Source: the human T2T-CHM13v2.0 reference genome, Homo sapiens
Reading direction: 5' to 3' (one strand)
Assembly (NCBI RefSeq): GCF_009914755.1
Contig: NC_060929.1
DNA length: 64,000 nt
Positions 12,700-28,725 of this stretch are shown piece by piece (within the stretch, counting starts at the first letter, position 1; every line of letters starts with the position of its first letter). A program made the position numbers and the translations under genes. The notes under the pieces were generated by a model. That model searched no databases, was not told the origin of the DNA, and saw nothing but the letters and a program-made list of their open reading frames with translations.

Positions 12700-13370
12700 C
12701 TCACAAAAGAATACAAACTTTTTTTATAAATCAATAAGAAAAAGATAAACATTGCAATAGACACACAGGCGAAAGTCATGAACAGGCAATTCAAGGCAAC
12801 AAATCATATAAAATAGATTTCTTAATAATCACATAAATGAAAGTTAAAACAAAGTATCACCTATCAAATTGGCAAAGGTTTTTGTACAACATAAATAAAG
12901 TGCTTGTGCCCACGGCTGACGAGAGTATGGAGGAATGAACACCAAAGTTTTATTCTGTATACAGAGATGTATATATAAGGATGTTTGTTCTAGCACAAAA
13001 GTTTAAAATAAAATGTCCATTAATAGACAACCGGTTAAATAATGGTGTAGTCACGTAAGGGAATACTACGCATCCGTTAAAAAGAATTAGGTATGTCTCG
13101 ATTCTTTAAAATTTTAAGATGTATTACATAAACAAACCAAGGGACAGAGCAGAATAAAAGTTATCTGTGAGTTCATATTCAGAGATATTAGTAATTATGT
13201 TTTCTGGAAGGACATATGATAAACTATTACGGGAGTTACAGTGATTACTTCAAGAAAAGAACTAGAAGTAAATGGTGGAAGATTTCTACTTTTCATTTTA
13301 AATCTTTCTGTATGATTTGATTCTGTGCAAGGACTGCTTTATTTTAAAACGTGAAATGTTTTTATAAAAA
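12700..13370 (+). mobile_element. Old L1ME 3' fragment; source of the inverted copy at 14003-14284
   Basis: aaatcaataagaaaaagata...catgaacaggcaattca...aaatgtccattaatag...gaatactacgcatccgttaaaaagaat. Confidence 0.7.
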
Positions 13371-13534
13371 AGAAAAATAGGTTACATCTTTGTAGTTAGT
13401 TGACATGGAAAATATCTACAATATAAAAAGAGAAAGATCTGGTGCAGAATGACCAGAGTGTTATGACATTCCATTATGTTAACGATTTCATTTATATATA
13501 AATATAGATGTAGACAAATATAATGTTTGTATTA

Positions 13535-13882
<348 letters not shown>

Positions 13883-13979
13883 CTAAACTCTCATTGCAGC
13901 TGACCCTTAGACAGAGGTGGAAAAGTGTTGAGATTGCAGAAGCATTTACTTTCTCTGTACTCATTAATTTTGTATAGTG

Positions 13980-14385
13980 GGCTGGGCACTGTGGCTCAGG
14001 TATAAAATGAAAAGTAGAAATCTTCCATCATTTACTTCTAGTTCTTTTCTTGAAGTAATCACTGTAACTCCCGTAATAGTTTATCATATGTCCTTCCAGA
14101 AAACATAATTACTAATATCTCTGAATATGTACACACAGATAACTTTTATTCTGCTCTGTTCCTTGGTTTGTTTATGTAATACATCTTAAAATTTTAAAGA
14201 ATCGAGACATACCTAATTCTTTTTAACAGATGCGTAGTATTCCCTTACGTGACTACACCGTTATTTAACCAGTTCTTTATTAATCCCAGCCCTTTGGGAG
14301 GCTGAGGCAGGTGGATCGCTTGAGCTCAGGAGTTCGAGGCCAGCCTGGGCAACATAGTGAAACCCTGTTTCAATTAAAAAAAAAA
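13980..14385 (+). mobile_element. FLAM_C-type Alu monomer split by a 282-bp insertion
   Basis: ggctgggcactgtggctca at ~13980-13998, resumes as taatcccagc at 14281 through to the poly(A). Confidence 0.9.
14003..14284 (-). repeat. Inverted duplicate of 13019-13300
   Basis: Reverse complement aligns gap-free over 282 bp with about 8 mismatches (manual count). Confidence 0.97.
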
Positions 14386-15138
14386 TGACTGAGCTAATTT
14401 TCTACACTGCTAGTAAATTATCAGAAAGGAAAACATAAATTTTTCTGATTGGGAGGAAAACTCAGAGAAGAAAGACTACCCAGCCCTCCCGTGCATGCTC
14501 CCATTTGCATGAAGCACTCCTGTCTGCCCTATGCAAAAACAAGGCTCGGTCTCCATCTCTCACCTGGCTCTTCCAGGCTTACTCTCACTCATTTCCCTCT
14601 TAAATCCCACCTACAGGGAAGCCTTTACAGTTCAGAGTGGGATAGGTAAGAAATCTCTCCTAGGATCCAGTTTACCTACCCGAGTCTTACCCAACTAGAA
14701 AAACTTGAAAATAAAAATCAAAAACAGAATGTTCAAACAGGACACTGAAAACTAGCCTAACCTGTAAATGAAATCAGCACCTTTTAGAGCACCATGGATT
14801 GGTAAGAGGAGCCAGCAGCCAGCTGAAATGAAAGGAACCCTGGGCTGGAGAAACAGGCCCTGGCACTCCCAGGGACCATCTGTGAGGTCCCTCCACACTT
14901 TGAGCCTCCTCATTTTTCTCATTTGCTCATCATATCTATTTCTCCTAACCGTAGAGGCTGCTATGAGAATCTGTGGGAGCAGAAGGTATGCTACGAAAAT
15001 GAAAGATGATTAACCAATGCGTAAGCCCTGGAGGGTAAGGCTTGAATCGTGGATTCGTTATGAATATTGCCTAGGAAATCAGGAGAACCCAAGATGTTCA
15101 TTAACCCTAATACGCTCCGACATTATTAAGAAACTGCT

Positions 15139-15475
<337 letters not shown>

Positions 15476-16014
15476 TCAATTACTTTTCATATCAAGATCT
15501 CAAAAACCCTTAAATGTCACTTTAAGGTTTACATCATGACTGTACAATAATAGGTGTGAATACTACTGGGCAACAAATGTATCCCTATTGACATATTAAT
15601 ACATGCTCCAGCATCTCCCCTCCTTCATAGATAATGAAAAGTTGTTGGGTTTTTTTTGTTGTTGTTGTTACTGGTGAGAGCCACTATTACAGTAAAAAAT
15701 AAAATAAAATAAAATCAATTTTTTAAAGGCAGCTCAGATGTGTCCCAGTGCTGAAATCTCAGTTGAAAGTATAAATCAGATTCCCAGTTTGCTGGGGAAA
15801 CCAGAAGAAGAGGCTTGAGCAGACACACACCAGGGGAAGTGGCTGAGCAGAAGTTCCTAAAGCTCAGGCCACTATTAACCTCTCAAGCAGTTCTTCTTTG
15901 CCATTTGTTTGAATCTCATTCATTATTACTCTAGTTACCAAACATTCCTTGTGCTGATTCACAAAACAAGATAATTTTTTGTAAGTTGAGAAAATATTTA
16001 AATGACAAGGTAGA

Positions 16015-16502
16015 TGATGGTTATTTGCAGAATTGTGTTCCCCCAAAAAGGATATATTGCAGTCCTAACTCCCATCAGTCCTAACTCCCATACCTCAGAA
16101 TGTGGTCTTATTTGGAAACAGGGTCTTTGCACATTTAACCGAGTTCAAGTGAGGTCATTAGGATGGGCCCTAATCCAATAAGACTGGTGTCCTTACGAAA
16201 AGGGAAAATTTGGATACAAAGACAGACTCACACAGAAGGAAGAAGATACAAAGAAACAGGAAGAAGGCCATGTGAAGAAGGAGGATTTGAGGGAGGCAGC
16301 TAAGCCCAGGAGCCCCTGAGGCTGCAGGAAGCTAGGGGGGTCTAATGGCCTCCTCCCCAGCACCTTCGGCGGGAACGTGGCTGTGACAACATCTTCATTT
16401 TGGACCTCTGGTCTCCAGAACTGTGAGACAATACATTTTTATCACATAGGTCTGCACCCATTTTGTGAGACTTTCTTATGGCAGTCCTAGGGAACTAATA
16501 CA
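16015..16502 (+). mobile_element. MLT1B/C MaLR solo LTR
   Basis: cttatttggaaacagggtctttgc...gggccctaatccaat...ccagaactgtgagacaataca...aactaataca. Confidence 0.85.
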
Positions 16503-19500
16503 TCTACTAAAGTCACAGTTCTTAACAATGGTCAGAAAGTGGAGTAAGAGTAAAACCTCAGCTGATTTCAGTGCGGGATGTTTGTGTGACGACATACATA
16601 ACAGGAGCTCATGGCTTCTCCATTGCAGGGGTGGGTTTTTACTGAAAACGCTCAGCCTGGAGGTGGTTCCCTTCCTGCAGAGTGCAGAAAGCCAGTTAAA
16701 CCCCTCCTTCAGCGGCAGGGCGGAGGGGAGAGGCCCAGAGCCCTGCCCATGCCAGCAGGGAGGGTGCTATCCTAAGCTAGACCAGTGCTTGGCTCTGTGC
16801 AGGAGCTAACACTGTGCACAGCTGCTCAAGCCCTATCTGTCACCCAGTAGAGACAAAGACAGTGACACAGCTCCTCAAAGGGGATGAGAGTCCTAAGCCC
16901 AGCAGCCAGGCAGTGACTCTTCTACACCAGCCCTAGAAGGTACGAATCAGAGGCCAGCGACGTCTCAAACCAACAGAAACAGAAAAACTCAGGAATATCA
17001 GTACCTGGACCCCATCTGGCCGTGGATTTTTTTCTTGTGTTTTATTTTTGTTATACTTCAAAACTTCTTTAGAGAGTAAAAATGAACACTAAAACTAGAG
17101 CCCCAGCACATAATTTTTGCTTATATTTGTCGGAATATAATTTACTTCTAACTCTGTGTGTGTGTATCATTCTATTATATGGAATCGGTTTTTAGCTCAT
17201 CCTTTTGTTATCTGTTGGAAGCCAGGAAATAAAAACAAAAATAAGCAGATATTGTTGAAGAGAGGACCCACGTGGACCAAGAAGTCCCCACATGACGGCA
17301 GCCCTGAGTGGGCAGAGCGAGACCTGGAAGCTGCCGTAGCAGGAAGGTGCAGCCCTCACTCAGACCCACCCTCAATCAGTGCAGGGTCAGACACAAGCCT
17401 CAGGACCTAGCCTTTGTTGTCCTTCCTTCAGCGACTCCTAAGACCCAGCTCCGCTCCCTTTCATCTAAAGAGTAGGCCGGGGTAGGAGGGGAGGGATGAC
17501 TGACATCACACAGGATGCTAGAAAATAATGTCATAAATTTGAGGTAATTTCCCCCGTTCACGTCACCTTAGAAAAAGGCCTTCTTTTGTCAAAATTAAAA
17601 CCATTTACAAAAGTGCTGGTTTGTTGTTGTTTTGAAGAATGTGAACAGCTAGGTGTTTTCCCTGGGACTCAGTTTCAAAATGAACAAACGGACACCTGCC
17701 TGAAAAAGGAAAAAACGGAGTCAGCGATGTCATCATCCTTCCTCAGCAGCACTCCAGGTGAGAGGAGCCGCTCCTGGGTCCCACTGTCCTCAAACAGGGA
17801 CTGCATGGTGCTTCAGAAGCCGCCCAGGCACGGGAGGGAAAGGAGGAAAGGTCAAGTTGTTTGTACATTTGGTCTTACTATGACTGGGCTGGTAAAATTG
17901 TTATTCTGAGAGCTCCTTGTTCATCTGGCTTTTAAATACTTATTATGCTTTTTTTTTTTTTCTGAAGGGTGAGAGAGAAGCAAAATTTCCACATTGTGAA
18001 CTGTCACGGATTTTTCCTGTGCAGTACAGAGTGACAGCAAGGTGGTTCTAAAACATGTGATTTATTTATAAACATATATGGAAATATTTTTAAAATTAAA
18101 AAATGCCAAGGGTGAGGCTGGGTCATAGGCAACCATGAGAAGTAAGATGTTTGTTCTGGAGGCCGGTGTTAGCACTCTTCCACGAGTAGTTTTAGAGCAA
18201 TCTAGGGTCAAGTGGAAACGTTCTGACTATACTGCCCTGCAGTTTTGTTTCAAGAGCATCTGGATCCCAGTTCCGGGGAAGCTGATTTGAGTTGCTCTGT
18301 GCTTGAAATACAACCTTGTTCTGTAGAGTTCCCAAGACGAACGCTGAGTGGGTAGTATTTAAAGAACAGCTTGGCAGTCCCTGTGCCCTGAGCCCTCACC
18401 TTCATTTCCTCCTGCTCCTTTCCTTTGTGCTGCGTCTTTCCCTTGCAAGGACGCACGCATGCAGACAGAGGAGGAGGCCAGCAGAGGATGGGGAAGTAGT
18501 TAATGCAACTAGCACACCCTTCCCAGGTTCACTCTGCCACCTTTCTATTCTTTCCAGTCTATTCTCACTACTCCATTCTAGTTGGGAGTGTTTCTTCAGT
18601 TGCTTTAAGTAGCGATGGGGAGAGGATGTTTGGTCAAAGGGCATCGAGATGGGAACAGGAGAATCAAGGAGAGGAAGTAAGGGGCCAGAGATAAAGAAAT
18701 AAGAGCTAGGAGGAGGGAAGTAAATAGAAGCAAAGATGATGAATAATACCAGGTACACAATAGACAGGGAGCGAAATGAAAAAGGAGCAGTACATAGAGG
18801 TTGTGATGCAGAAAGGAACAATTCAAAATAGAAAAATGTAAGAAACCTGAAAACAAACAAACTTAGAAGCCCATACAGGAAAGCAAAGAACCAAATGGAA
18901 GTAAGAAACAGAACCCCAAACAGGAAGGACGTCTGAATGAGAAATGTGATTGAGGGAAGGAACAGAGGAGCCTTTGTGGTGTGTTTGTAGATTAGAGGGA
19001 AAACGACAGAACAGAGAGAATCCAAGAGTGTTTATTCCTTGCACCTGGCAAACAAAAAATTCATTATTTTTTAATCATGGAAGAAGTATCTCTAAGAGCA
19101 CTGGGCCTTTCATGCTACCGGCCTGTCTCTTACTCATCTCAATCCCTTAGGATTCTTTTAAAAGCGTAAGGAAACCCAGCACAAGGAAAACCAAATTTCC
19201 ACCCAGATGCTATTTATATGAAGCTTATTTTATAGAGGTGAGTCCTCATGGCCCTTAGAGTTCAAGCTGGGTTACCTGTTCCCAGTGGTGAATGATGTCC
19301 AGCTTTTTGGTCCCTGTAAATCCCAGGTAAATGACAAAGATATCTCAGTCCCTTAAAAACACGGGTAAAAAATGAAATCATTATTTGCATGATTCTCATT
19401 TCCGAAGCCTGCCTTACCATTAATAAGTTAGAGGTTGCCTTGTAAGTTTAAATAATTTAGGAAATGGAGTAATAAAAAAAAGTAAGTAAAGCATAAGCCG

Positions 19501-20438
19501 AAAAATATAACACATACCCAGGAGAAGGAAAGATTAGTTATTTCATTACTGCAAATTGCTGTTACTAAACATTATGATAAATTACCAAAAAGATGCCTCT
19601 TCACCCCCTTCTATAATTTCAGGTTATTAATTGTATTCACATACAAGTGATTCTTTCCTTCTATGCCTCTCTTGCCCTGTTTCTCTAATGAGGAAACAGG
19701 AAAAAAAATGCAGTAGATAAAATGCTTAAATTGAGGCTGAGGCAAATGAAAAAAGATATCAGAAACAAATAACATTATCAGCTTTTAGCTCCATAATAAG
19801 CTCTTGTTTATTTAGACCCTATTAATTTGGAATTTATAATAACTTGATGGGGACCTGGGCAGAAATTTTCCTTCCATTTAGCAAACTCTGTCTTGCTAAG
19901 TAGTGCAGAAGAATGATGTAAATGAGATTACAGGAGGAATGTTTGAAATACATCTTTGAGCACTTCAGGCAATCCCTTATATATGAATAATTAATATAAG
20001 AATACATATCATTCTTATCCAATAATTATCTGGCAGTTCAGAAGGAATTTGTTAGGTCACCCTGCAGAGTAACAAGATGTGTGTTTGTCACTAAATAGTT
20101 CTATGACCATAGGCAAGGCACTTAACTTTTTCAGCCCTTATTTTTCTTACCTAAAATTGGATTGATAATATCAACTCTGCCTAGTTTGGGAGGTTGTTAT
20201 GATCATGAAATGAGAGAATAGATGGAAATCCATTTTGAAATCCATAAGGGATTAGGAAAATCTGTATTATGTAAATGAGTTTAAAATTCATACTTTCTAC
20301 TAATTCAATCCAACCCTCCCTCCGATGGTCTATACCGGTGAAGCTTTTATGCTTTAAACAGCTGTTACATAGCGACATGTTTAGCACCTTCAGCCATCAC
20401 TGAATCTCTTTTATTAGGGAAACTGCCTAATGCATTGG

Positions 20439-20470
20439 TGTGTGTGTGTTTGTGTGTGTGTGTATGTGTG
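20439..20470 (+). repeat. Imperfect (TG)n
   Basis: Directly visible. Confidence 0.9.
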
Positions 20471-20569
20471 ACACTACTCCTCCTCCGGCCCCTAACAGAT
20501 CCTTGGAGTCATTCTTTGTGTTCTGAGTACACTAAATATACTTCACGTGACACAACGGGAGAAAGTTAT

Positions 20570-20750
20570 TGTACTTGAAAGAGTCTAAGCTTTGGAGTCT
20601 GACGGTCTTGGGTTCAAATTCAAGATCTTCCACACAGATGAGTTAGCTGGAACAATTATTTCTCTGAGCCCCAGTTTTTTAATACAATTTTTTATGAAGC
20701 CTAAAAGAGAAAATGTACATAGCACAGTGTCTGGCACAGAGTAGGCACTT
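20570..20750 (+). mobile_element. MIR
   Basis: gctttggagtctgac...tgggttcaaat...ctctgagccccagttt...gcacagtgtctggcacagagtagg. Confidence 0.75.
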
Positions 20751-21492
20751 CAAAAGGATGATGATTACATGAAAGATAAGTTATCTTGAGGTGGTATTTG
20801 CATTGGAGAAAATATCTAAGACTCCCCCCTTCAAATCTCTGGCCCCTTATTGCAGTTTAGTTCCCAAATTACAAAGCCAAATAGGCAGTCACCCTTACAA
20901 TATCCAGTTTTTTTACACATAGATAACCTGTGTTGCTTTTGGTCAAATGTATGTCGCAAAGTATTAAAATAATGCCTTCTTAATTCTAAGAATCCTGTTT
21001 TTTCACATTTGGATGTTTTGGAAATCAGAATGAATTTTACAATCATTGTCAAAATAAACATGTCAACTGCTAGGTGGAAGAGTTGCTAAGAGGAATTGTC
21101 ATTTGTTTGTAACAGGTGAAATCAGCCAAAGCTTTCAGAATAAAGGGTTTTCAAAGCCAGGAGATGTTGGTGTTTATGCTTCATAAACAGATGTTTATGC
21201 AAAACATCTGTCTGTCAAGTGCTTTCAAAGAAGCTATTGAACTTCCTGCAAGAGGTAATCAATTAAGGGAAAAAAAATTAAGATCCCAGATCAGGGGTGC
21301 TAAAGAGGTCAAACTCCCAGGCGCTTTTATCAGTGTCACCACCTCTTCTTTGCAGCAACTGCCAATGTCCTGGTGATTCCAAGGAATCTTTGGAGTGTAG
21401 TTAAGATGGAGTAATTACATTAATAAAATGCATGCTGTTTTTTGCTAAAAAATGTGTATATTTAATGTAGCATTTCTTTTTTTAATATCTAA

Positions 21493-21941
21493 TGATAAGC
21501 TTTGGCTGTGCCCCCACCCAAATCTCATCTTGAATGATAGTTCCCATAATCCCCAAATGTTGCGGGAGGGACCTCATGGGAGGTGATTAGATTATTGGGC
21601 AGAGGGTGTTTCCCCCATACTGTTCTCATGATAGTGAGTGAGTTCTTATGAGATCTGATGGTTTTATAAGATTTTATCCTGAGATCTGATGGTTTTATAA
21701 GGGGCTCTTTCCCCCCCTTTGCTCTGCGGTTTTATAAGGGGCTTTTCCCCCTCTTTGCTCTGCACTTCTCTCTTCTGCTGCCATGTGAGGCAGGATGTGT
21801 TTGCTTCCCCTTCTGCCATGATTGTAAGTTTCCTGAGGCCTCCCCAGCCACGTGGAGCTGTGAGTCGATTAAACCTGTTTCCTCTGTAGATTACCCAGTC
21901 TTGGGTATTTCTTCATGGCAGTGTGAGAACAGACTAATACA
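21493..21941 (+). mobile_element. THE1D-like MaLR solo LTR with internal duplications
   Basis: tg...ca termini, tttggctgtgcccccacccaaatctcatcttgaat, 5-bp TSD tct(a/g)a. Confidence 0.9.
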
Positions 21942-22279
21942 TCTGAATAAAACTATATTTTAATTCAATAAATTAATCTCCTTTCTTCTAATCGACAGAC
22001 TCATTAGAGAAAGTGTCTAGCTTTTTAAAATCATCTAAAAACAAGGTTAAATATAATTAAATTTATACTTAAGACATCTGCAGATTGCTGTATGTGTTAT
22101 ACTTTAATAAAACATTAAAAAATTAGAGATATGTGTATTTGTGTATTTAGCTTGAATAGTTGAAGATTTGTCAAAATATACACAGTTATAGCTTTCAAAC
22201 TAATAGGTGTAACCATTTATAGAACACACTTTCTCGATCAAGTCTTGGGCACTTTACTCTTGTTATTTAATATTAATAA

Positions 22280-22680
22280 TAACAGCTAATATTTATTAAG
22301 CACTTACTATGTGCCAAACATTTTCAAGGGGTGTTTCATCTCCTTTAACTTTTAAAAGACTAATTGAGGTGAGTATTATTATTGCTGACTATATCAGATG
22401 GGTATTAGTTTTACAAAGATGGAAATTCATATATAAGGCACATATAAGTTACTTACTTCATGAAATCACACAGCTAGAAAGTGGTTGGGGAAAAACTAGA
22501 ATCCAGAAGCTTGCATTTATGTATTTCTTCACAGGCACCCTAAAAAGTACATGATGGGTCATACTGTCCTTATTTCACGGACAAGCACCCTGAACCTCAG
22601 AGAGGTTAAGTGATTTGACCGTACCACACAGCTTACAAGTGGGAGAGCCAGGATTCTTAACTGAGCCGGTCTCCAAATAG
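22280..22680 (-). mobile_element. Two adjacent MIR fragments
   Basis: atttattaagcacttactatgtgcca...; ctcagagaggttaagtgatttg...gggagagccaggatt. Confidence 0.75.
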
Positions 22681-23756
22681 ACAATGCAATGCTTTTTTTG
22701 GAGATCATGTTCTTCAGACATAGGTTTCTTAATATCACCTCCAAATAAGCCAAAGAGTGAGAACCCAGGGGTGGGGAAAAGTGGGGGAGAGAAGAGAGCT
22801 GAGGAAGCAACTCTTAGAACTTCCAGGGAGCTGTCACTGATGTCTTTAATCCAGTCTGTCCAGAAACTGCAATTTTCCTCCTTTTTCAGTTACTATGACT
22901 ATGGGTGCAGTTGCCAATGAAATTTAATTCACATTCATTGAGATATTAAGTCACAAATTTTCTCTAACTCAGAAGTGTATTTTCCTTTCTCCCTTTTTCC
23001 TTTCTGGTTAGCGCCAATACATCTGCTCCCCTTAAGAAAACAAAAGAGCAATAGTGGACTTTAGGAAGCATACTCCTCAAACATAGGAACCCACACAGGC
23101 AGCCACTGTTGTCTTGTTTAAAGAAGGGGGTGGCTGAGTCCTGCCCCTCAGTGCCAACCTGGAAGGTTAGGCTTCTTTTAGCTTCCTCTATGTCTTGTTA
23201 TTTGTAAATTAGTACCACCCTTTTAGTTTCCAACTACACACACACAAAAAAGCTAGCTTCAACAATAATTAATTTGGGGCCATTTTAATTGGCTGCAATT
23301 TTCCTTATTAGGAACTGAAAATTATGATTGGGGTCAGTTCCACTGTCTGTGAAAGAAAAGCTTCATTCTTCATTCATTCTCACTCTCCAGGCCCCCTCCA
23401 AGACAGTCACAATATTGGCTTAGGAACTTACAGTGGAGGAGACGGCATTGAAATTCAGGGTACTATTTTGGTATTTTTAGCATTTTAGAAACCATCTACT
23501 ACATTGTAGCTTGAGAAATTTTGAAAGACTTCTCTAAAAGTTGGTTTCTAGAGACAAAGAGGAAAATAGATATGAAACAATTTTACAAAATTGCTGATGT
23601 TTTGGAGAAGTTAATAGACTACAGTAATTTTTATCAGTAGAAGTATATTCTCATTTCCACGTGGTTCACTCTATAAATGTCTCAGGAAATAGTTTATGTT
23701 GTAAAGAAAGATAGTACTTTAATGTCAGCATCTACCTAAACAATACAAGTTAAAAT

Positions 23757-23902
23757 AGAAAGAAGGAAGGAAGGGAGGGAGAGACAGAGAGAGAGAGAGA
23801 GACAGAGAGAGAGAGAGAGAAAGAGAAAGAAAGAAGGAGAGAAAGAAAGAAAGAAGAAAGAAAAAGAGAAAGAAGAAAGAAAAGAAAGAAAGAAAGAAAG
23901 AA
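23757..23902 (+). repeat. Compound purine microsatellite (GGAA/GA/GAAA)
   Basis: ~145 bp almost purely A/G. Confidence 0.95.
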
Positions 23903-24624
23903 TTCAGTTAGACCTCTTATTAATCTTTATGAAAAAAACAAGGTTAAAAGAAAACTTGCCACAGTCCATGGTTTTTGAATGTTTGAATGTTGTAAATAGT
24001 GGGTTATTGGGTGTGTCATTTTTCTCTTTGTGTTCAATTTCCTTTTCAGCTGTGACATAGTGATATGTTTACCACCTTCAGCCATCAAGGCAGCTGAAAA
24101 ATAAAATAATCTGCCTCTCTGAACTTTAGTTTTGGGTCTGTACCCCAGTACCTGTCAATGTCAAACCTCCACGGATGCCAGATTCCAAGCTTAAGCCTCC
24201 ACTCAAAAATGAAGGAGTTGGGTAGGAGGTGGGGACAAGAAATTTAAAAAAAATTAAGCCAGTGGAATCTAAAAGCAGTGGTTATGAAAGTTTAGTTGGA
24301 AAATGCTAGATGGACCAATGCATTTGAGTATCAGGAGTGGTAATGTTAATGCCTCCTTCAATAATGATTTCTGTAGTTTAAGCCATCACCCACCCATGGA
24401 AACTCCATAGACAAAAGAGTCGCTCAGCTGGTCTAAGGTAAGGGCCCTGCTTAATAAGGCAAGGTGGGTCTGTTTTTGTCTAGAACTCCTAGACAGGCCT
24501 CTTTTTCAGGAAAAGACGAATCTTCAAAGTATCAAGAAACATGAAGCTACTTGCTGAGTCTGTAAGATCTTCTTTAGCCACAGCTACATTCATGCAGTGG
24601 GTACATGGATGCATAGAGTGATAG

Positions 24625-24820
24625 CCTTAGACAGTGCTAGGTTCCAATGCCTGCCTTGCCACTTTCTAGCCCTGTAATTTAAAGAAAGTTACTTAAATGA
24701 CCCAAGCCTCCCTTTTGTCATCTGCAAAGTGGGGATAATAATGGTCACTACTTATCAGGTATGGTAAGGGCCAAATGTCACGTGCACCTGGCATGTCTCC
24801 TGTGCTAATAAATGCTTGAA
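24625..24820 (+). mobile_element. MIR
   Basis: aagttacttaa...tcatctgcaaagtggggataataat...aataaatgc. Confidence 0.75.
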
Positions 24821-25769
24821 ATGTGTTTCTGTCCTTTCACTTCTTAGGTCATTTTTAACTGTATGATTTGTATGTTGTGATAAGATCATTTACAAAACAG
24901 CTCACATCTCTTTGACATTTCATATGTAACAGAAGCTCCAAGTTCTGCCCTGAGATAAGGTACTTTCTTGGCTTCCTATTGAGGAGTTTAGGGTATAACA
25001 TGGCTTCCAAGCCCTGAACCTTCTCTGTGGAACTGTGGGAAATGCCACAGGTGGGAGCCAGTTACCTGCTGAGAACAAGGATGCTGCAGCCCCACCCTGC
25101 TTCCTCACCCTCCGGCCCTCTGGCCCTTTGGCCCAGGGTTAGGTGCGGACCAGGAGAGTGGCTGGCAGGGGGCGATCCCAGTGGTGACAGTTCGTGTGAG
25201 AAGGTGCCCAGCTTGGGGCAGGTAGGCATCAAGAACTGCATCCAGAATGACCAAATAGAGTAGACCAGAGATGGGCTGGTCCACTCCAGGTCTGGAAGGC
25301 CACACCATGTAGATCAAGTAGAGGACACTTGTGCCCACAAGTAAACACCAAGATCCAGCAAGGAGGCTCTGAAATCCCTTCCCCAGGGCAGCCAGGTGTT
25401 GAGGTCTGAGCTGACTCAGAGCTTCAGGGAGCTTCACCCACAGCCAGGGACTGTTTCTATCCAGATACCTGCTCCTCCACAGGCTTCTCCCCACCGTCTC
25501 ACAGGCCAACAATGCAGACTCCGAGAATGGGGATTTCCTTCCTTCCCCTTCTGCCTTGCAGGCCTCATGGAGCTGTAAACCTCTTGGAGAAAGAAATCAC
25601 AGGCCAAGGCTGCAGACATCAGTTCAACTAAGAGATGTTCAATTCAAAAAGAACCTACAGGGCTCTGTCTGCAGCTCCTCTGCAGAAATGGGGGACCCTG
25701 GTGGGTGCCCTGGAGGCCCAGCACTCTTCAACCTTTTCCTCTTATCCACTTCAATCTTCTCCATTTTTA

Positions 25770-25836
25770 AAAATCAATAGGAAAAAGACCAATGACCCAA
25801 AAGAAAAGAAAAACGGGCCGGGACATGAGCAGGCAG

Positions 25837-25875
<39 letters not shown>

Positions 25876-26410
25876 GGAGACAAAATTGGCCACTAAATAT
25901 TTTTAAAATTCTCTTCCTCTCAATTTAAAAAACCCAAAGCAAAATAAGATTTCATTTTCTACTTGTCAGGCTGAGTAAAATAAAAAAGATATTTACTAAT
26001 ACTTTGCATTGTTTATGATCAGGAGGAGCATAACACAATGTAAATAGCTACAGTCTCTTCAGAGGGAAATTTCAAGGCTACATATTTTTCCTATGTATAC
26101 ACTCTTACCTGTGAGCCCAAAAGTATGCACAAAGAACCAGTTAAAGAAAGCATGGTTCATAATGGAGTAGATTTATTTGTGCTCATGTGGCACTATCTCC
26201 AAGACATGATATTAAGTGAAAAGGAGTGGGTCAGAGCAGGGCATAAAATATCTCTGAAAGAAGATACAAGAACCAACAGGCCATGGTGGTTGCCTCCAGA
26301 GAGAGGGCTGGAGGGCTGGGCCGCTAGGGTGGAGCACAGACTTACATTTCACTATACTCTTCTGGATTTTTTTTAAACCATAGGTATGTATTTCTATTTT
26401 AATTAAAAAT
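25770..26410 (+). mobile_element. Old L1ME 3' fragment containing a (CA)n
   Basis: aaatcaataggaaaaagaccaatgacccaaaag...ggacatgagcaggcagttcaca...atctccaagacatgatattaagtgaaaa. Confidence 0.65.
25839..25874 (+). repeat. (CA)18 microsatellite
   Basis: Directly visible, perfect. Confidence 0.97.
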
Positions 26411-26506
26411 ATACTACTTTTTTTTTAAAGAAAACTTTCTCCATTCTCTTCTATCCCTCTATCCTGTCCTACAAACTTCTCCCTTAGTCTCTTTTCTTCT
26501 CTCTCT

Positions 26507-26816
26507 TTTTTTTTTTTTTTTTTTTTTTTGGAGACAGGGTCATCTTACTCTATCACCCAGGCTAGAGTGCAGGGACATGATTGTAGCTCACTGCAGCCTT
26601 GACCTCCTGGGCTTAAGCAATCCTCCCACCTCAAACTCCAGAGTAGCTAGGACTTCAGATGTGTGCCACCATGCCCAGATAATTTTTTAAATTTTTCATG
26701 GAGTCGAGGTCTCACTATTTAGTCCAATTTGGTCTCAAACTCCTGGTCTCAAGCAATCCTCCAGCTTCAGCCTCCTACAGTGCTGAGATTACAGGCGTGA
26801 GCCACTGCACCTGGCC
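26507..26816 (-). mobile_element. AluJ
   Basis: Reverse Alu dimer with poly(T). Confidence 0.93.
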
Positions 26817-26828
26817 TCCCCTTCATTC

Positions 26829-27101
26829 TTTTTTTTTTTTTTTTTTGAGACAAGTTCTCCCTCTGTTGCCCAGGCTGGAGAGCAGTGATGTGTGATCACT
26901 GTTTACTGCAGCCTTGATATCCTGGTCTCAAACAATCCTCTTGCCTCAGCCTCATGAGTAGCTGAGACTACAGGCATGTACCACCAGAGATGGGGTTTCA
27001 CCACATGCCCAGGCTGGTCTTGAACTCCTGAGCTCAAGAGATCCACCCGTCTCAGCCTCCAAAAGTGCTGGGATTATAGGCAGAAGCCACTGAACCTGGC
27101 C
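26829..27101 (-). mobile_element. AluJ with the central linker deleted
   Basis: ggcatgtaccacc joined directly to agagatggggtttc. Confidence 0.9.
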
Positions 27102-27129
27102 TCTCCCTCTCATTCCTGACAGATTATCT

Positions 27130-28725
<1,596 letters not shown>

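Noticed and set aside
18402-19025. 207-aa hydrophobic minus-strand ORF
   Set aside because: Complement of an A/G-rich low-complexity stretch, which automatically gives F/L/S-rich, stop-poor frames; no recognisable domain
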